From an uncultured bacterium (GTDB taxonomy: Bacteria; Bdellovibrionota_B; Oligoflexia; CAYFLR01), in contig CAYFLR010000002.1 of assembly GCA_964343805.1 (NCBI GenBank), positions 48,175 to 112,174 of the forward strand: 64,000 bases of DNA. Reading direction: 5' to 3'. The notes under the pieces were generated by a model that saw nothing but the letters and a program-made list of their open reading frames with translations, searched no databases and was not told where the DNA came from. The stretch's first letter is position 1. Each line of letters opens with the position of its first letter. A program made the position numbers and the translations under genes. Shown here one piece after another: positions 45,272 to 53,857 of this stretch.

Positions 45272-47305
45272 TCATGAACAATTCAAATAACTGTGAATCG
45301 TACTGGTCAAAATTTCTTGGCTAATGGGTTTGAGTAAAAATTCATCACAGCCAGCCTCAAGGGCCCGTTTCTTATCATGATCTAAAGCATGGGCTGTTAA
45401 GGCAATAATTATGGAAGGTTTTCTATCGTTTGACTTTTCCCATTCTCTGATCTTTTGAGTGGCTAGATATCCGTCCATGGTGGGCATCTGAATATCCATT
45501 AAGATCATATCGTAGGGTTTATCTTTGTATCTAGTAAAGCACTCATCTCCATCGCATGAGATATCAAGAGCCACATTTAGTTTTTCAAGGTAAGCCTGCA
45601 CAATGATTTGGTTCTCAAAGGAATCTTCTGCTAGCAAAATACTCGGCTGTTTATCACTTTTCTTGCTATTCTTAGATGAGGTCACCTCGCTTGGACTTTG
45701 CAATTGGTTAGTGGAAGTAAATTCAGCTTGTGGATTCTGATTATTTGGCAGTGAAAAGTGGAATTTACTACCCTTCCCCGGCGAGCTTTCCAACCAAATT
45801 TTACCGTCCATTACTTGAACAAGTCGCTGGCAAAGGGCTAAACCCAAGCCTGTTCCCTGCGCAGAGCGAGTTATTGAAGAGTCCACTTGAGTAAATGGAT
45901 TGAAGACCATGTCTAATTTTTCGGGTGGAATTCCTATACCAGTGTCAATCACTGAAAATTGAATCCCGTTTGTTTCTGAATGACTGACGTGGATTTGGAT
46001 TGATCCTTCTACTGTAAACTTGATGGCATTTCCTATGAGATTGAGAAGCACATGTCTAATTCTTTTGGCATCTCCGATGGGATTTTCAGGAACAGCATTA
46101 TCAATAATATATGAAAGAGAAAGGTCCTTATCTGAAGCAGAAAGCTGGTGGACTTTTAGAGCTTCATCTAAGAGGGTTGGTAGGTGATAAGGCTTCAACG
46201 TTCCTTTTATTCGCTTTGACTCCAATTGAGAAAGATCGAGAACATCATTTAAAAGGGCCAATAAATTTTCACTGGCGTTCATCAAGATATCCAAATATTT
46301 TATCTGATTATCATCCATCGAAGAGGCTTTCAATAATTGCCCCATTCCCATAATGGCATTCATAGGCGTACGGATTTCATGGCTCATGATAGCCAAAAAT
46401 TCACTCTTAGTTTTACTGGCAAGTTTGGCTGTTTCCAGTGCATGTTGTTTTTCTATTTCTAAGATCCTTTTTTGGGTAATATCATAACCAATGGCCAACA
46501 AACCAATCACATTACCCTCTCCATCTTTCAAGGTTTTGTCATACCACTCAATATCAATAGATTGACCATTTTTCTTACAGATAGGATTTATATTTCCGCT
46601 GGTTTGAATATCATTAACCGCCTGTTTGAAAACTTGACGAACTTTTTCATGGTCTTGATCTTGGAGAAAAGTAGAAAACCAATCTTTGCCTTCAATTTCT
46701 TCTCGTGAATAGCCTGTTAATTCTTCCAGGAAAGGATTGACTCTAACTATTTTGCCTTCCACATCCAGAACTAAAATGATGGTCTGAGCTGTATTAACTA
46801 AACTGGTAGCAAAGTCTCTCTCTTTTTGCAGGACCAGTTCTGCTTTTCTTCTTTCCGAAAGATCACGTCCAATGGAAATTAGGAGGTTATCTTCAGATGA
46901 TGGGACTTTGGCAACAGAATATTCAAAGGGGATTCGATTTCCATTTTTACAGATCAAGGAAATCTTCACTACCGCCTTTCCTTTAGTTGATACATCTTCT
47001 AGAGCTTTAGCTGCCAGCTTCAGGTCCTCAGGTGAATAATAGGATTCGGGAGCTTTTAGATTGGCAATCTCCTCATCATTATAACCACTCTGTTCCCGAA
47101 AAAGACTGTTCCATTTAATCGCTTTTCCGGTTTCTGCATTAAACAGAAAATAGGTGTCATTCATGGCTTCTATGGTTGAGGAGGTGAGGTAATCTTCAGC
47201 AAACTGACTCTCCCTATCTTTTTTATTGTTTTCCCTCAAAACTTTAACTTGATAAAGGATAACTCCAATTAAAAATAAAATGAGCAGAGAAAGTAAGTAG
47301 ATCAA
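45272..47305 (-). CDS. Hybrid sensor histidine kinase (TM-PAS-PAS-HisKA-HATPase-REC)
   Basis: N-terminal TM segment and two PAS-like regions. H-box MSHEIRTPMNAIMG, LIGNAIKFT, DTGIGI, GTGLGLAL and a C-terminal REC MILMDIQMPTMDG. Confidence 0.88.
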   Translation of the reverse strand: MIYLLSLLILFLIGVILYQVKVLRENNKKDRESQFAEDYLTSSTIEAMNDTYFLFNAETGKAIKWNSLFREQSGYNDEEIANLKAPESYYSPEDLKLAAKALEDVSTKGKAVVKISLICKNGNRIPFEYSVAKVPSSEDNLLISIGRDLSERRKAELVLQKERDFATSLVNTAQTIILVLDVEGKIVRVNPFLEELTGYSREEIEGKDWFSTFLQDQDHEKVRQVFKQAVNDIQTSGNINPICKKNGQSIDIEWYDKTLKDGEGNVIGLLAIGYDITQKRILEIEKQHALETAKLASKTKSEFLAIMSHEIRTPMNAIMGMGQLLKASSMDDNQIKYLDILMNASENLLALLNDVLDLSQLESKRIKGTLKPYHLPTLLDEALKVHQLSASDKDLSLSYIIDNAVPENPIGDAKRIRHVLLNLIGNAIKFTVEGSIQIHVSHSETNGIQFSVIDTGIGIPPEKLDMVFNPFTQVDSSITRSAQGTGLGLALCQRLVQVMDGKIWLESSPGKGSKFHFSLPNNQNPQAEFTSTNQLQSPSEVTSSKNSKKSDKQPSILLAEDSFENQIIVQAYLEKLNVALDISCDGDECFTRYKDKPYDMILMDIQMPTMDGYLATQKIREWEKSNDRKPSIIIALTAHALDHDKKRALEAGCDEFLLKPISQEILTSTIHSYLNCS

Positions 47306-47315
47306 AGTTGACTCC

Positions 47316-49274
47316 TTATTTATTCAATTGGTAGACCTTTTTAAGAAAGTCCATGGTCACAAAAGGTTTTGAAAAAAAGGCATCAAACCCAGCATCAAGA
47401 GCTTTCTCTTTTGCTTTATTAAATAAGTGGGCTGTCAAGGCGATAGCTAGGGTCCTATGCTTGATGCTTCGATCTAAGTCTCTAATTATTTTTAAAACTT
47501 CAAATCCATCCATTTTAGGCATTTTTATGTCCAGTAAAACCAGATCAAATGATTGGTCTTTCAGGAGGTTTACTGCATCTAAAGAAGAATCGCATAGTTT
47601 GAGGGAACGAGGAGAGTATTTACTTAACAGAGCTTCAATGTAGCTTAAACTGTCCATATCATCATCGATCACTAGGATATTGAGTTGTTTAAAAACTTTT
47701 TTAACTTCCATGCTTAGATCTTTGTCTAATGACTCTTTTTTAGATTCATCCTCGGCTCTTTCATAGGGAAGCTTCAAAGTAAAACTACTTCCTTTATTGA
47801 CTTCACTGGTTGTTATTATTTCTCCCTTCATAATTTTTACTAGCTTGCTACAAATGGAAAGACCGAGTCCACTCCCTTGAATCTTTTGATTCAGAGAAAT
47901 TTCCGAGCGATAAAAGGGTTGGTATATATTTGTAATTTCCTCTTTCGGTATTCCACATCCTGTATCCTCAACTGTTATAAAATAAAAATCCCCATCAGCT
48001 GCCAGCTCAAGTTTAATCTTTATATAGCCCTCTTTAGTGTGTTTGAAGGCATTCCCAATTAAATTATTGAGAAGTTGTTGTATCCGAGTAGGGTCTCCCC
48101 ATAATAAACCATTGGGAAAGGAGTCTATTTCCATTAGGAGATCAATGTTGAGTCCCTGATATTTGTCTTTAAATAGACTAAGGCTCTCATCGAGAATTTC
48201 TCGAACATCTATAGCTCTTATTTTTAAAAGGTTAATATTGGATTCAATTTCTGTAATTTCTAGTACATCTTGAATAAGTTCCAGTAGGACCTTTCCAGAT
48301 TTATTTATAATGCTGGCAAACTTGACCGTTTTTTCTTGCTCATTTTGCTCAATGAGCAGTTCTGAAAGTCCTAAAATAGAGTTCAAAGGGGTTCTTAGAT
48401 CATGACTGATGGTGGAGAGAAATACTGATTTTGCTCGATTGGCGGTTCGAACCTCCTCTATTGATGCCTCTAACTTTTTATTCGTTTCTAAGAGTTTATC
48501 CTCATAACTTTTTCTTTCGGTTATATCGAGGACCTCAGCAATTAAAGTAACTTCTCCTGTAAACAGGTCGCGTTTGGCTCTCACTTTAACCTCTCCCCAC
48601 ACCGCCTGTTTGTTTTTGGTAATGTAACGCTTTTCAATGGTGAAACGTTCCATTTCTCCGTTAACGAGTTGTCTTATAAGAGTCATGGATTTTTGAATAT
48701 CCTCAGACTGGGTAATAAAACGAATGTCCTTTCCTATTATTTCTTGTTTGTTATAACCTAGGAATTTTTGAAAAGCGGGATTGACATCACGAATAATGCC
48801 CTCAGCATCACATTGAATGAGTGAGATATCAACCAGCTCAAAAAAGGTGTTGAGTTCCTTTTGACGAAGGCGAACGGCTTGCTCCTTTTTCCACCGATCA
48901 ATACCAAAGTATATAGCTCGCTCCAGAATATCTGAAGAGAGTTTGTGTTTAGGAATATAGTCAATGGCTCCATACTGGATTAAATTCATCAGATAACTAG
49001 GGTCATCTAAGGCAGTTAATATTATGATCGGCACCTGACTGAAATAAGTCTGTACTTTTTCCAAAGTCTCGTAGTATTCAGAATCAGGCAGGCATAAGTC
49101 CAGTAGGGCAAGGTCGAAATTATCATTTTCTAGCTTATCGTCGAGAAAGCCTAAATTGGAATATATCTTGAGGGTGTAGCGGAACCATCTACAGTTATCC
49201 AGAGTGTCTTCTAATAGCTGTTGGTGGGTGGGGTCATCTTCAATCAATAAGATATTAAATGTTTTCTTTTTCAA
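47316..49274 (-). CDS. Hybrid sensor histidine kinase (REC-PAS-HisKA-HATPase-REC)
   Basis: REC LALLDLCLPD, a PAS region, H-box ISHDLRTPLNSILG, LIGNAFKHT, DTGCGI, GSGLGLSI and REC LVLLDIKMPKMDG. I prefer the TTG start at 49274 (MKKKTFNILLIEDD) over the track ATG at 49361. Start is uncertain. Confidence 0.8.
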   Translation of the reverse strand: MKKKTFNILLIEDDPTHQQLLEDTLDNCRWFRYTLKIYSNLGFLDDKLENDNFDLALLDLCLPDSEYYETLEKVQTYFSQVPIIILTALDDPSYLMNLIQYGAIDYIPKHKLSSDILERAIYFGIDRWKKEQAVRLRQKELNTFFELVDISLIQCDAEGIIRDVNPAFQKFLGYNKQEIIGKDIRFITQSEDIQKSMTLIRQLVNGEMERFTIEKRYITKNKQAVWGEVKVRAKRDLFTGEVTLIAEVLDITERKSYEDKLLETNKKLEASIEEVRTANRAKSVFLSTISHDLRTPLNSILGLSELLIEQNEQEKTVKFASIINKSGKVLLELIQDVLEITEIESNINLLKIRAIDVREILDESLSLFKDKYQGLNIDLLMEIDSFPNGLLWGDPTRIQQLLNNLIGNAFKHTKEGYIKIKLELAADGDFYFITVEDTGCGIPKEEITNIYQPFYRSEISLNQKIQGSGLGLSICSKLVKIMKGEIITTSEVNKGSSFTLKLPYERAEDESKKESLDKDLSMEVKKVFKQLNILVIDDDMDSLSYIEALLSKYSPRSLKLCDSSLDAVNLLKDQSFDLVLLDIKMPKMDGFEVLKIIRDLDRSIKHRTLAIALTAHLFNKAKEKALDAGFDAFFSKPFVTMDFLKKVYQLNK

Positions 49275-49719
49275 GTTTGGTCCCGTGTTTAGGTTTATAT
49301 TTAAGTTGAGTTTGCCAGAAATTACATAAAATATTAATATTTTTTTGAAATATATCTGCATTCATGGGTTTAACACCATAACTATTAGCACCCAACATCA
49401 GGGCCATATTAACATCTTTATCAGCATTGGAGGTGGTTAAAATGGAAATGGGAATCACTTTAAGGGAATCACTCTCTTTTAAAAACTTGAGAATTTCATG
49501 CCCATCGAATTGAGGAAGTTTTAGATCCAAAAGAATCAAGTCTGGAAAATTCTCTTCTTTGTTTTCTAATTTAGCTAAATATTCCATGGCATCTTTACCG
49601 GTACTTAGAGTGTCGACTTGATGCTCCGCACTATGATTGGCAATATAAAATTGAATCAATTCAGATTGGGCTAAATCATCCTCAATCAGTAAAATATTAA
49701 GTAATGCTCTATCATTCAT
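49255..49719 (-). CDS. Stand-alone CheY-like response regulator receiver
   Basis: ILLIEDDLAQSEL, LILLDLKLPQFDGHE, PISILTTS and GANSYGVKP. There is no output domain. Confidence 0.85.
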   Translation of the reverse strand: MNDRALLNILLIEDDLAQSELIQFYIANHSAEHQVDTLSTGKDAMEYLAKLENKEENFPDLILLDLKLPQFDGHEILKFLKESDSLKVIPISILTTSNADKDVNMALMLGANSYGVKPMNADIFQKNINILCNFWQTQLKYKPKHGTKLEKENI

Positions 49720-49727
49720 GCTTGTTC

Positions 49728-51596
49728 CTAGAGTTGAGAGTTAGATATTGAAAATTGAAACTGAGTACCTTCTCCTTCCGTTGATTTAACGCGGATCTCC
49801 CCCCCGTGATTGCTGACTATTTTCTTAATGATGGCGAGCCCAATGCCAGTTCCATTGGTGGTGTTGTCAATTCGATAAAATAAATTAAAGATTTTTTTAT
49901 AATACCTCTCGTTGATACCGATGCCATTGTCTTCAAACTCGAATGATACTTTATCTTTTTCTTTCTTTACTCGAATCCAAACTTTACAGGCGATTTCTTT
50001 TCTACGATATTTGATGGAATTGCTTAAAAGGTTTTCAAACACTTGTAAGAGGCGGCTGTAGTTAGCCCAAAGAGTGGGTGAATTGGAGGGAATTATCAAT
50101 TCCATATCCTTTGATTTGAGGCGAGAATGATGGATTTTGGTGAACTCTTCAAAGAAACTATTTAAATCTACATTCTCTTTCTCTAGGTCAAGACGGCCCA
50201 CTCGACTGAGTTCTAATAGATCTGTTATCAGGAGGGACATGCGCTCGTTGGCTTCTTTTATAAAGTTAAATTTAGAAACTCCCTTTTGAAATTCTCCTTG
50301 TCTGAACAAACTTTCAATCACGTTGATAAATCCAGAGCTAGTCACAAGTGGCGACTTTAAATCGTGGGAAACCGTATAGACAAATTGTTCTAACTCATCA
50401 TTGGAGCGACTCAGTTCTTTGCGTTTGGATTCTAACTCTTTCGTCATTTTCTGAGTGGCAAGCAGTAACTTTTGGTTCTCTTCACTTTTTTGTTTAAACA
50501 TTTCAGCTGATCGTGCCAAATCTCCTAATTCATCTTTTAAGTGCCGGCCTGGAACCTTGGCAATAGGTTGTCCCTTTATTAAGTCATTGAATGCCTTGGT
50601 AATAGAGGATATGGGTCTACTAATACTTTGAGAAATAATGATAGAGAGAAAAATACCAATGAATAAAATTAAAAATGACATGGTAAAAATAGTGGCCTGA
50701 CTCTCTTTGGTGTCTTTATAAATAGCTTTTTTTCGGGTTTCCGTTAGTTTAATCAGCTCATCAATTAGAGATTGGGTAATAAAAATTAGCTCTGATGCTT
50801 CACCTGCTAAAACAACGTTGACTAGAAAAAGATAGCCTCTGGTGGTTTGTACTGAGCGTATAAGAGAGTTTCTGTAAATGGAAAACATATTCCAACCATC
50901 AGTTAGGATTTTGCTAAACTGAAGGTTCGAACTCTTCTTATGTTCTCTTTTTAGGTTATCCAGAATATGGTCAATTCGGATTAAAGCTTGATCCAAAGAG
51001 GGTGTATCAAGGTGGGCAAAGTAGTTTGAAATATCTAATTCTACTAACAAAAAATCATTGAGAGTATTTTTTAAAACATGAGAATCAGTCTCTATCATTT
51101 CCTTTTTTAGTATAGTATTTAACTTTTTTAACCAATCTACCAAACGGTCGTGATCATCATGTAAACTTCTTTCTCTTTGCTCTGAACTGAGCTTTCTTTC
51201 TTTAACTACTTTCTCTAAGGTTTTTTTATACCGGTTGAGAGCACTAGTAATGCGATCGATTTTTTCCCGGATCTCTTTGTTTTTTATTTTTGGAAGTAGA
51301 AATTCAATCTTTAATCCGATGTTTTTATCTAGCTGATTAATCTGATTTAAAGCCGATTCATAACCTGAAAAGGTGTATCGTTGAACTGTGTTATGCAGGA
51401 GCAAAACATCTTGTTTGATGGCTACAAACTGTTGCTCAATACTGGTTTCATTATTCAGAAGTTCTAAGTTTCTAAGGTTGGCTTTGCTATTATAGTAATT
51501 CAACCAGCTGGATAGAAATATAAGCAAACAGACAAACAAAAACCCCAGTAAAATGCGGTAACGTAGGGTGCTATACCGGATAATGAAATTGATCAT
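49728..51596 (-). CDS. Sensor histidine kinase with ~260-aa helical periplasmic sensor (CHASE3/4HB-like), HAMP, HisKA, HATPase
   Basis: Two TM segments flank a helical region. A HAMP-like segment follows TM2. H-box VSHDLKSPL, LLSNSIKY, DNGIGI and GTGIGLAI are present. Confidence 0.88.
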   Translation of the reverse strand: MINFIIRYSTLRYRILLGFLFVCLLIFLSSWLNYYNSKANLRNLELLNNETSIEQQFVAIKQDVLLLHNTVQRYTFSGYESALNQINQLDKNIGLKIEFLLPKIKNKEIREKIDRITSALNRYKKTLEKVVKERKLSSEQRERSLHDDHDRLVDWLKKLNTILKKEMIETDSHVLKNTLNDFLLVELDISNYFAHLDTPSLDQALIRIDHILDNLKREHKKSSNLQFSKILTDGWNMFSIYRNSLIRSVQTTRGYLFLVNVVLAGEASELIFITQSLIDELIKLTETRKKAIYKDTKESQATIFTMSFLILFIGIFLSIIISQSISRPISSITKAFNDLIKGQPIAKVPGRHLKDELGDLARSAEMFKQKSEENQKLLLATQKMTKELESKRKELSRSNDELEQFVYTVSHDLKSPLVTSSGFINVIESLFRQGEFQKGVSKFNFIKEANERMSLLITDLLELSRVGRLDLEKENVDLNSFFEEFTKIHHSRLKSKDMELIIPSNSPTLWANYSRLLQVFENLLSNSIKYRRKEIACKVWIRVKKEKDKVSFEFEDNGIGINERYYKKIFNLFYRIDNTTNGTGIGLAIIKKIVSNHGGEIRVKSTEGEGTQFQFSISNSQL

Positions 51597-51598
51597 TG

Positions 51599-52870
51599 TT
51601 AACCGCCTAAAACAAACTCATTCCAAAGTGGGAGAGAGTATTCATAGTTACTCATTACTGTATTCCATACAGCTATATTACTGAAGCGCTTAATGTAGGA
51701 TCCACCTGTTCTCACCTCGCCTTTTTTCACTGAAACTTTTCCATCTGTTCCAAGTAGATCTTTCATGGCTGGTTGGCCCATGTACCAGTAATCCCACTCT
51801 TCTTTACTCATTAAATCTTTGGATCGCTCAGGGTTAGCAATATAATAGCCTTGCCTTGCAATAAATGCTCCTGCCCAACCAGATAACCACCAATTCATAA
51901 ATTTATAGGATGCTTCTTTGGCGTAGCCTTTGGTTTTAGAAGAGAGGCACATAACTCCATGCCAAGCTCGATAACCCTCCTTGGGAGCAGCATAAATACA
52001 GGGAATTCCCATACCATTGAGAGCGGATACTCCCGGAGAAAACATGCTCTGAATTATGACCTCATTACTCTGCATCAGTTTAACCGAATGAGGAACTGAG
52101 GACCAGACTCCCCGAAAGTGGCCATTTTGTCGATATTTGCGAATGATAGAAAACAAACTATTCAATTCATCACGGGTCATGGAGCCCATATCTTTGAACT
52201 TTATTAAACCTTTTGCTTGGGCTGCTAAAGCCAAATCAAATAAGCCGATGGTTGGCTCGTTTACAATAGCTACTTTACCCGCATATTTAGGATCAAGCAG
52301 CCAACTCCAGCTTTCAGTTTCATAGGGAATTCCCTTAGAAATGACTTTTGAGTTGTAGCCAAATGAGTCGGTGTTATGTACGTAGGGCATAAAACTTATT
52401 TTGGAAGAGGGGGCACTTCCTAATTTGTGGTTTTTTTGCTCATAGAGAATTTTATAGGGTGCATCACCGAGACCATATTGGGCCTCGGGTGCTATTTTCC
52501 CTTTTTTAGTCAAATTGTTGATTTCATTCCAGTATTTGAGACGCTCCACCTCAATTCCTTGGATCGCCCCAGCCTGCCATAAAACCCGGATACTGTTGGA
52601 CCATTGTTCGTAAATATCGAAGCTCTCTGGCCTTGTGGAGGCTTGGTGGATAATTTCAGCACTCCCTCCCGGAGAAAACTCAATGTCAATATTAAGGTCT
52701 TTCATTGCTTGCAATCGAATGGTTTCTTGCAGGGTGACATGAGTTCCTAATACTCGTACTTTTTGCCTGTTATTCGCAAATATTGCTGGAGATTGCTTTA
52801 AAAGCAGAATAGCTGATAGACCACCCTGCACCGAGCTTTTGATAAAATTTCGCCTTGATATAGATTTCAT
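51599..52870 (-). CDS. Periplasmic solute-binding protein, PotD/PotF-like, Tat signal
   Basis: Twin-arginine motif SRRNFIKSS. PotD-like segments include FDIYEQWSNS..AGAIQGIEVERL, SWSWLLDPKYAGKVAI and APKEGYRAWHGVM. No ABC permease or ATPase gene is adjacent. Confidence 0.8.
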   Translation of the reverse strand: MKSISRRNFIKSSVQGGLSAILLLKQSPAIFANNRQKVRVLGTHVTLQETIRLQAMKDLNIDIEFSPGGSAEIIHQASTRPESFDIYEQWSNSIRVLWQAGAIQGIEVERLKYWNEINNLTKKGKIAPEAQYGLGDAPYKILYEQKNHKLGSAPSSKISFMPYVHNTDSFGYNSKVISKGIPYETESWSWLLDPKYAGKVAIVNEPTIGLFDLALAAQAKGLIKFKDMGSMTRDELNSLFSIIRKYRQNGHFRGVWSSVPHSVKLMQSNEVIIQSMFSPGVSALNGMGIPCIYAAPKEGYRAWHGVMCLSSKTKGYAKEASYKFMNWWLSGWAGAFIARQGYYIANPERSKDLMSKEEWDYWYMGQPAMKDLLGTDGKVSVKKGEVRTGGSYIKRFSNIAVWNTVMSNYEYSLPLWNEFVLGG

Positions 52871-53002
52871 CAATTTATTATAGGGTATTTTTAGAGTGTT
52901 TAAAAATAAAGAAAAGTTAATACATTGAGAAATTTTAATAAAATCTTTCTCTTATTATCTCCGCTCATGTTAAAATATAACCATCTAGAATGTAATTTAA
53001 AT

Positions 53003-53857
53003 ATGGCCATAATCATGAATAGAGAAAGATCTGACTCTTCCCCTAAAAAGCGTGTACTGATAGCTGAAGATGATGAATACAGCCAACTAGTTGTGCAAGA
53101 ATTTTTAGAAAGGCTGAACTATCAGGTTGTTATAACAGCTAATGGTCAATTGGCTCTTGATCAATTGGCTATAGAAGAGTTTGATTTGGTGATTCTAGAT
53201 ATCCAAATGCCTGTATTGGATGGATTTGCTACCGCCAAAGCCATTCGTGATCCTGCTTCCAAAGTAAAAAATCATAACATTCCCATCATTGCTTTATCTG
53301 CCAATTTAACTCATAAAGCCATTAAGAAAAGTAAGCAGGTGGGAATGGATGAATATGTCAATAAACCAATTATGTTTGATCGACTTAAGAAGGTCTTAGC
53401 TCAAGTGGAGATGAGGCATTCAAATTCGCCCAATCCCAAATTAATGGAAGAAACAAAGAGTGATGATGAAGGTATTACAGGTGAAGTTTTTAATCATGAT
53501 ATCTTTCTCCGTCGTTATTTCAATGATCAGGAGTTTTGCCAGAAACTGGTCTTGTCCTTTGTCCAGAAAGCCCCCGAAAAGTTGGATTTGATACATAAAT
53601 CCCTACCAATAGAAGACTATGAAACCATGCAAAGAGTTCTCCATAATTTAAAAACTATGGGGGGAAATATGAAAGCTCAACGATTTGCCCAATTGGCTAA
53701 AAAGATGGAATCTGGCGCTATTAGCAAGAATATAGATACCGTTAAAAACTTACTTGTGGAGCTTGAAGCCGAATTTAAAACATTAACCGACATTTTAAAT
53801 AACCATTACTCTTTGGAACCAACTCTACCTGCTGTAAACAAGGGGGAAACAACATGA
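53003..53857 (+). CDS. Response regulator receiver fused to an HPt phosphotransfer domain
   Basis: REC RVLIAEDDE and LVILDIQMPVLDG. The C-terminal four-helix region carries the HPt-like HNLKTMGGNM. Start is uncertain among 52925 TTG, 53003 ATG and 53015 ATG. Confidence 0.75.
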   Translation: MAIIMNRERSDSSPKKRVLIAEDDEYSQLVVQEFLERLNYQVVITANGQLALDQLAIEEFDLVILDIQMPVLDGFATAKAIRDPASKVKNHNIPIIALSANLTHKAIKKSKQVGMDEYVNKPIMFDRLKKVLAQVEMRHSNSPNPKLMEETKSDDEGITGEVFNHDIFLRRYFNDQEFCQKLVLSFVQKAPEKLDLIHKSLPIEDYETMQRVLHNLKTMGGNMKAQRFAQLAKKMESGAISKNIDTVKNLLVELEAEFKTLTDILNNHYSLEPTLPAVNKGETT

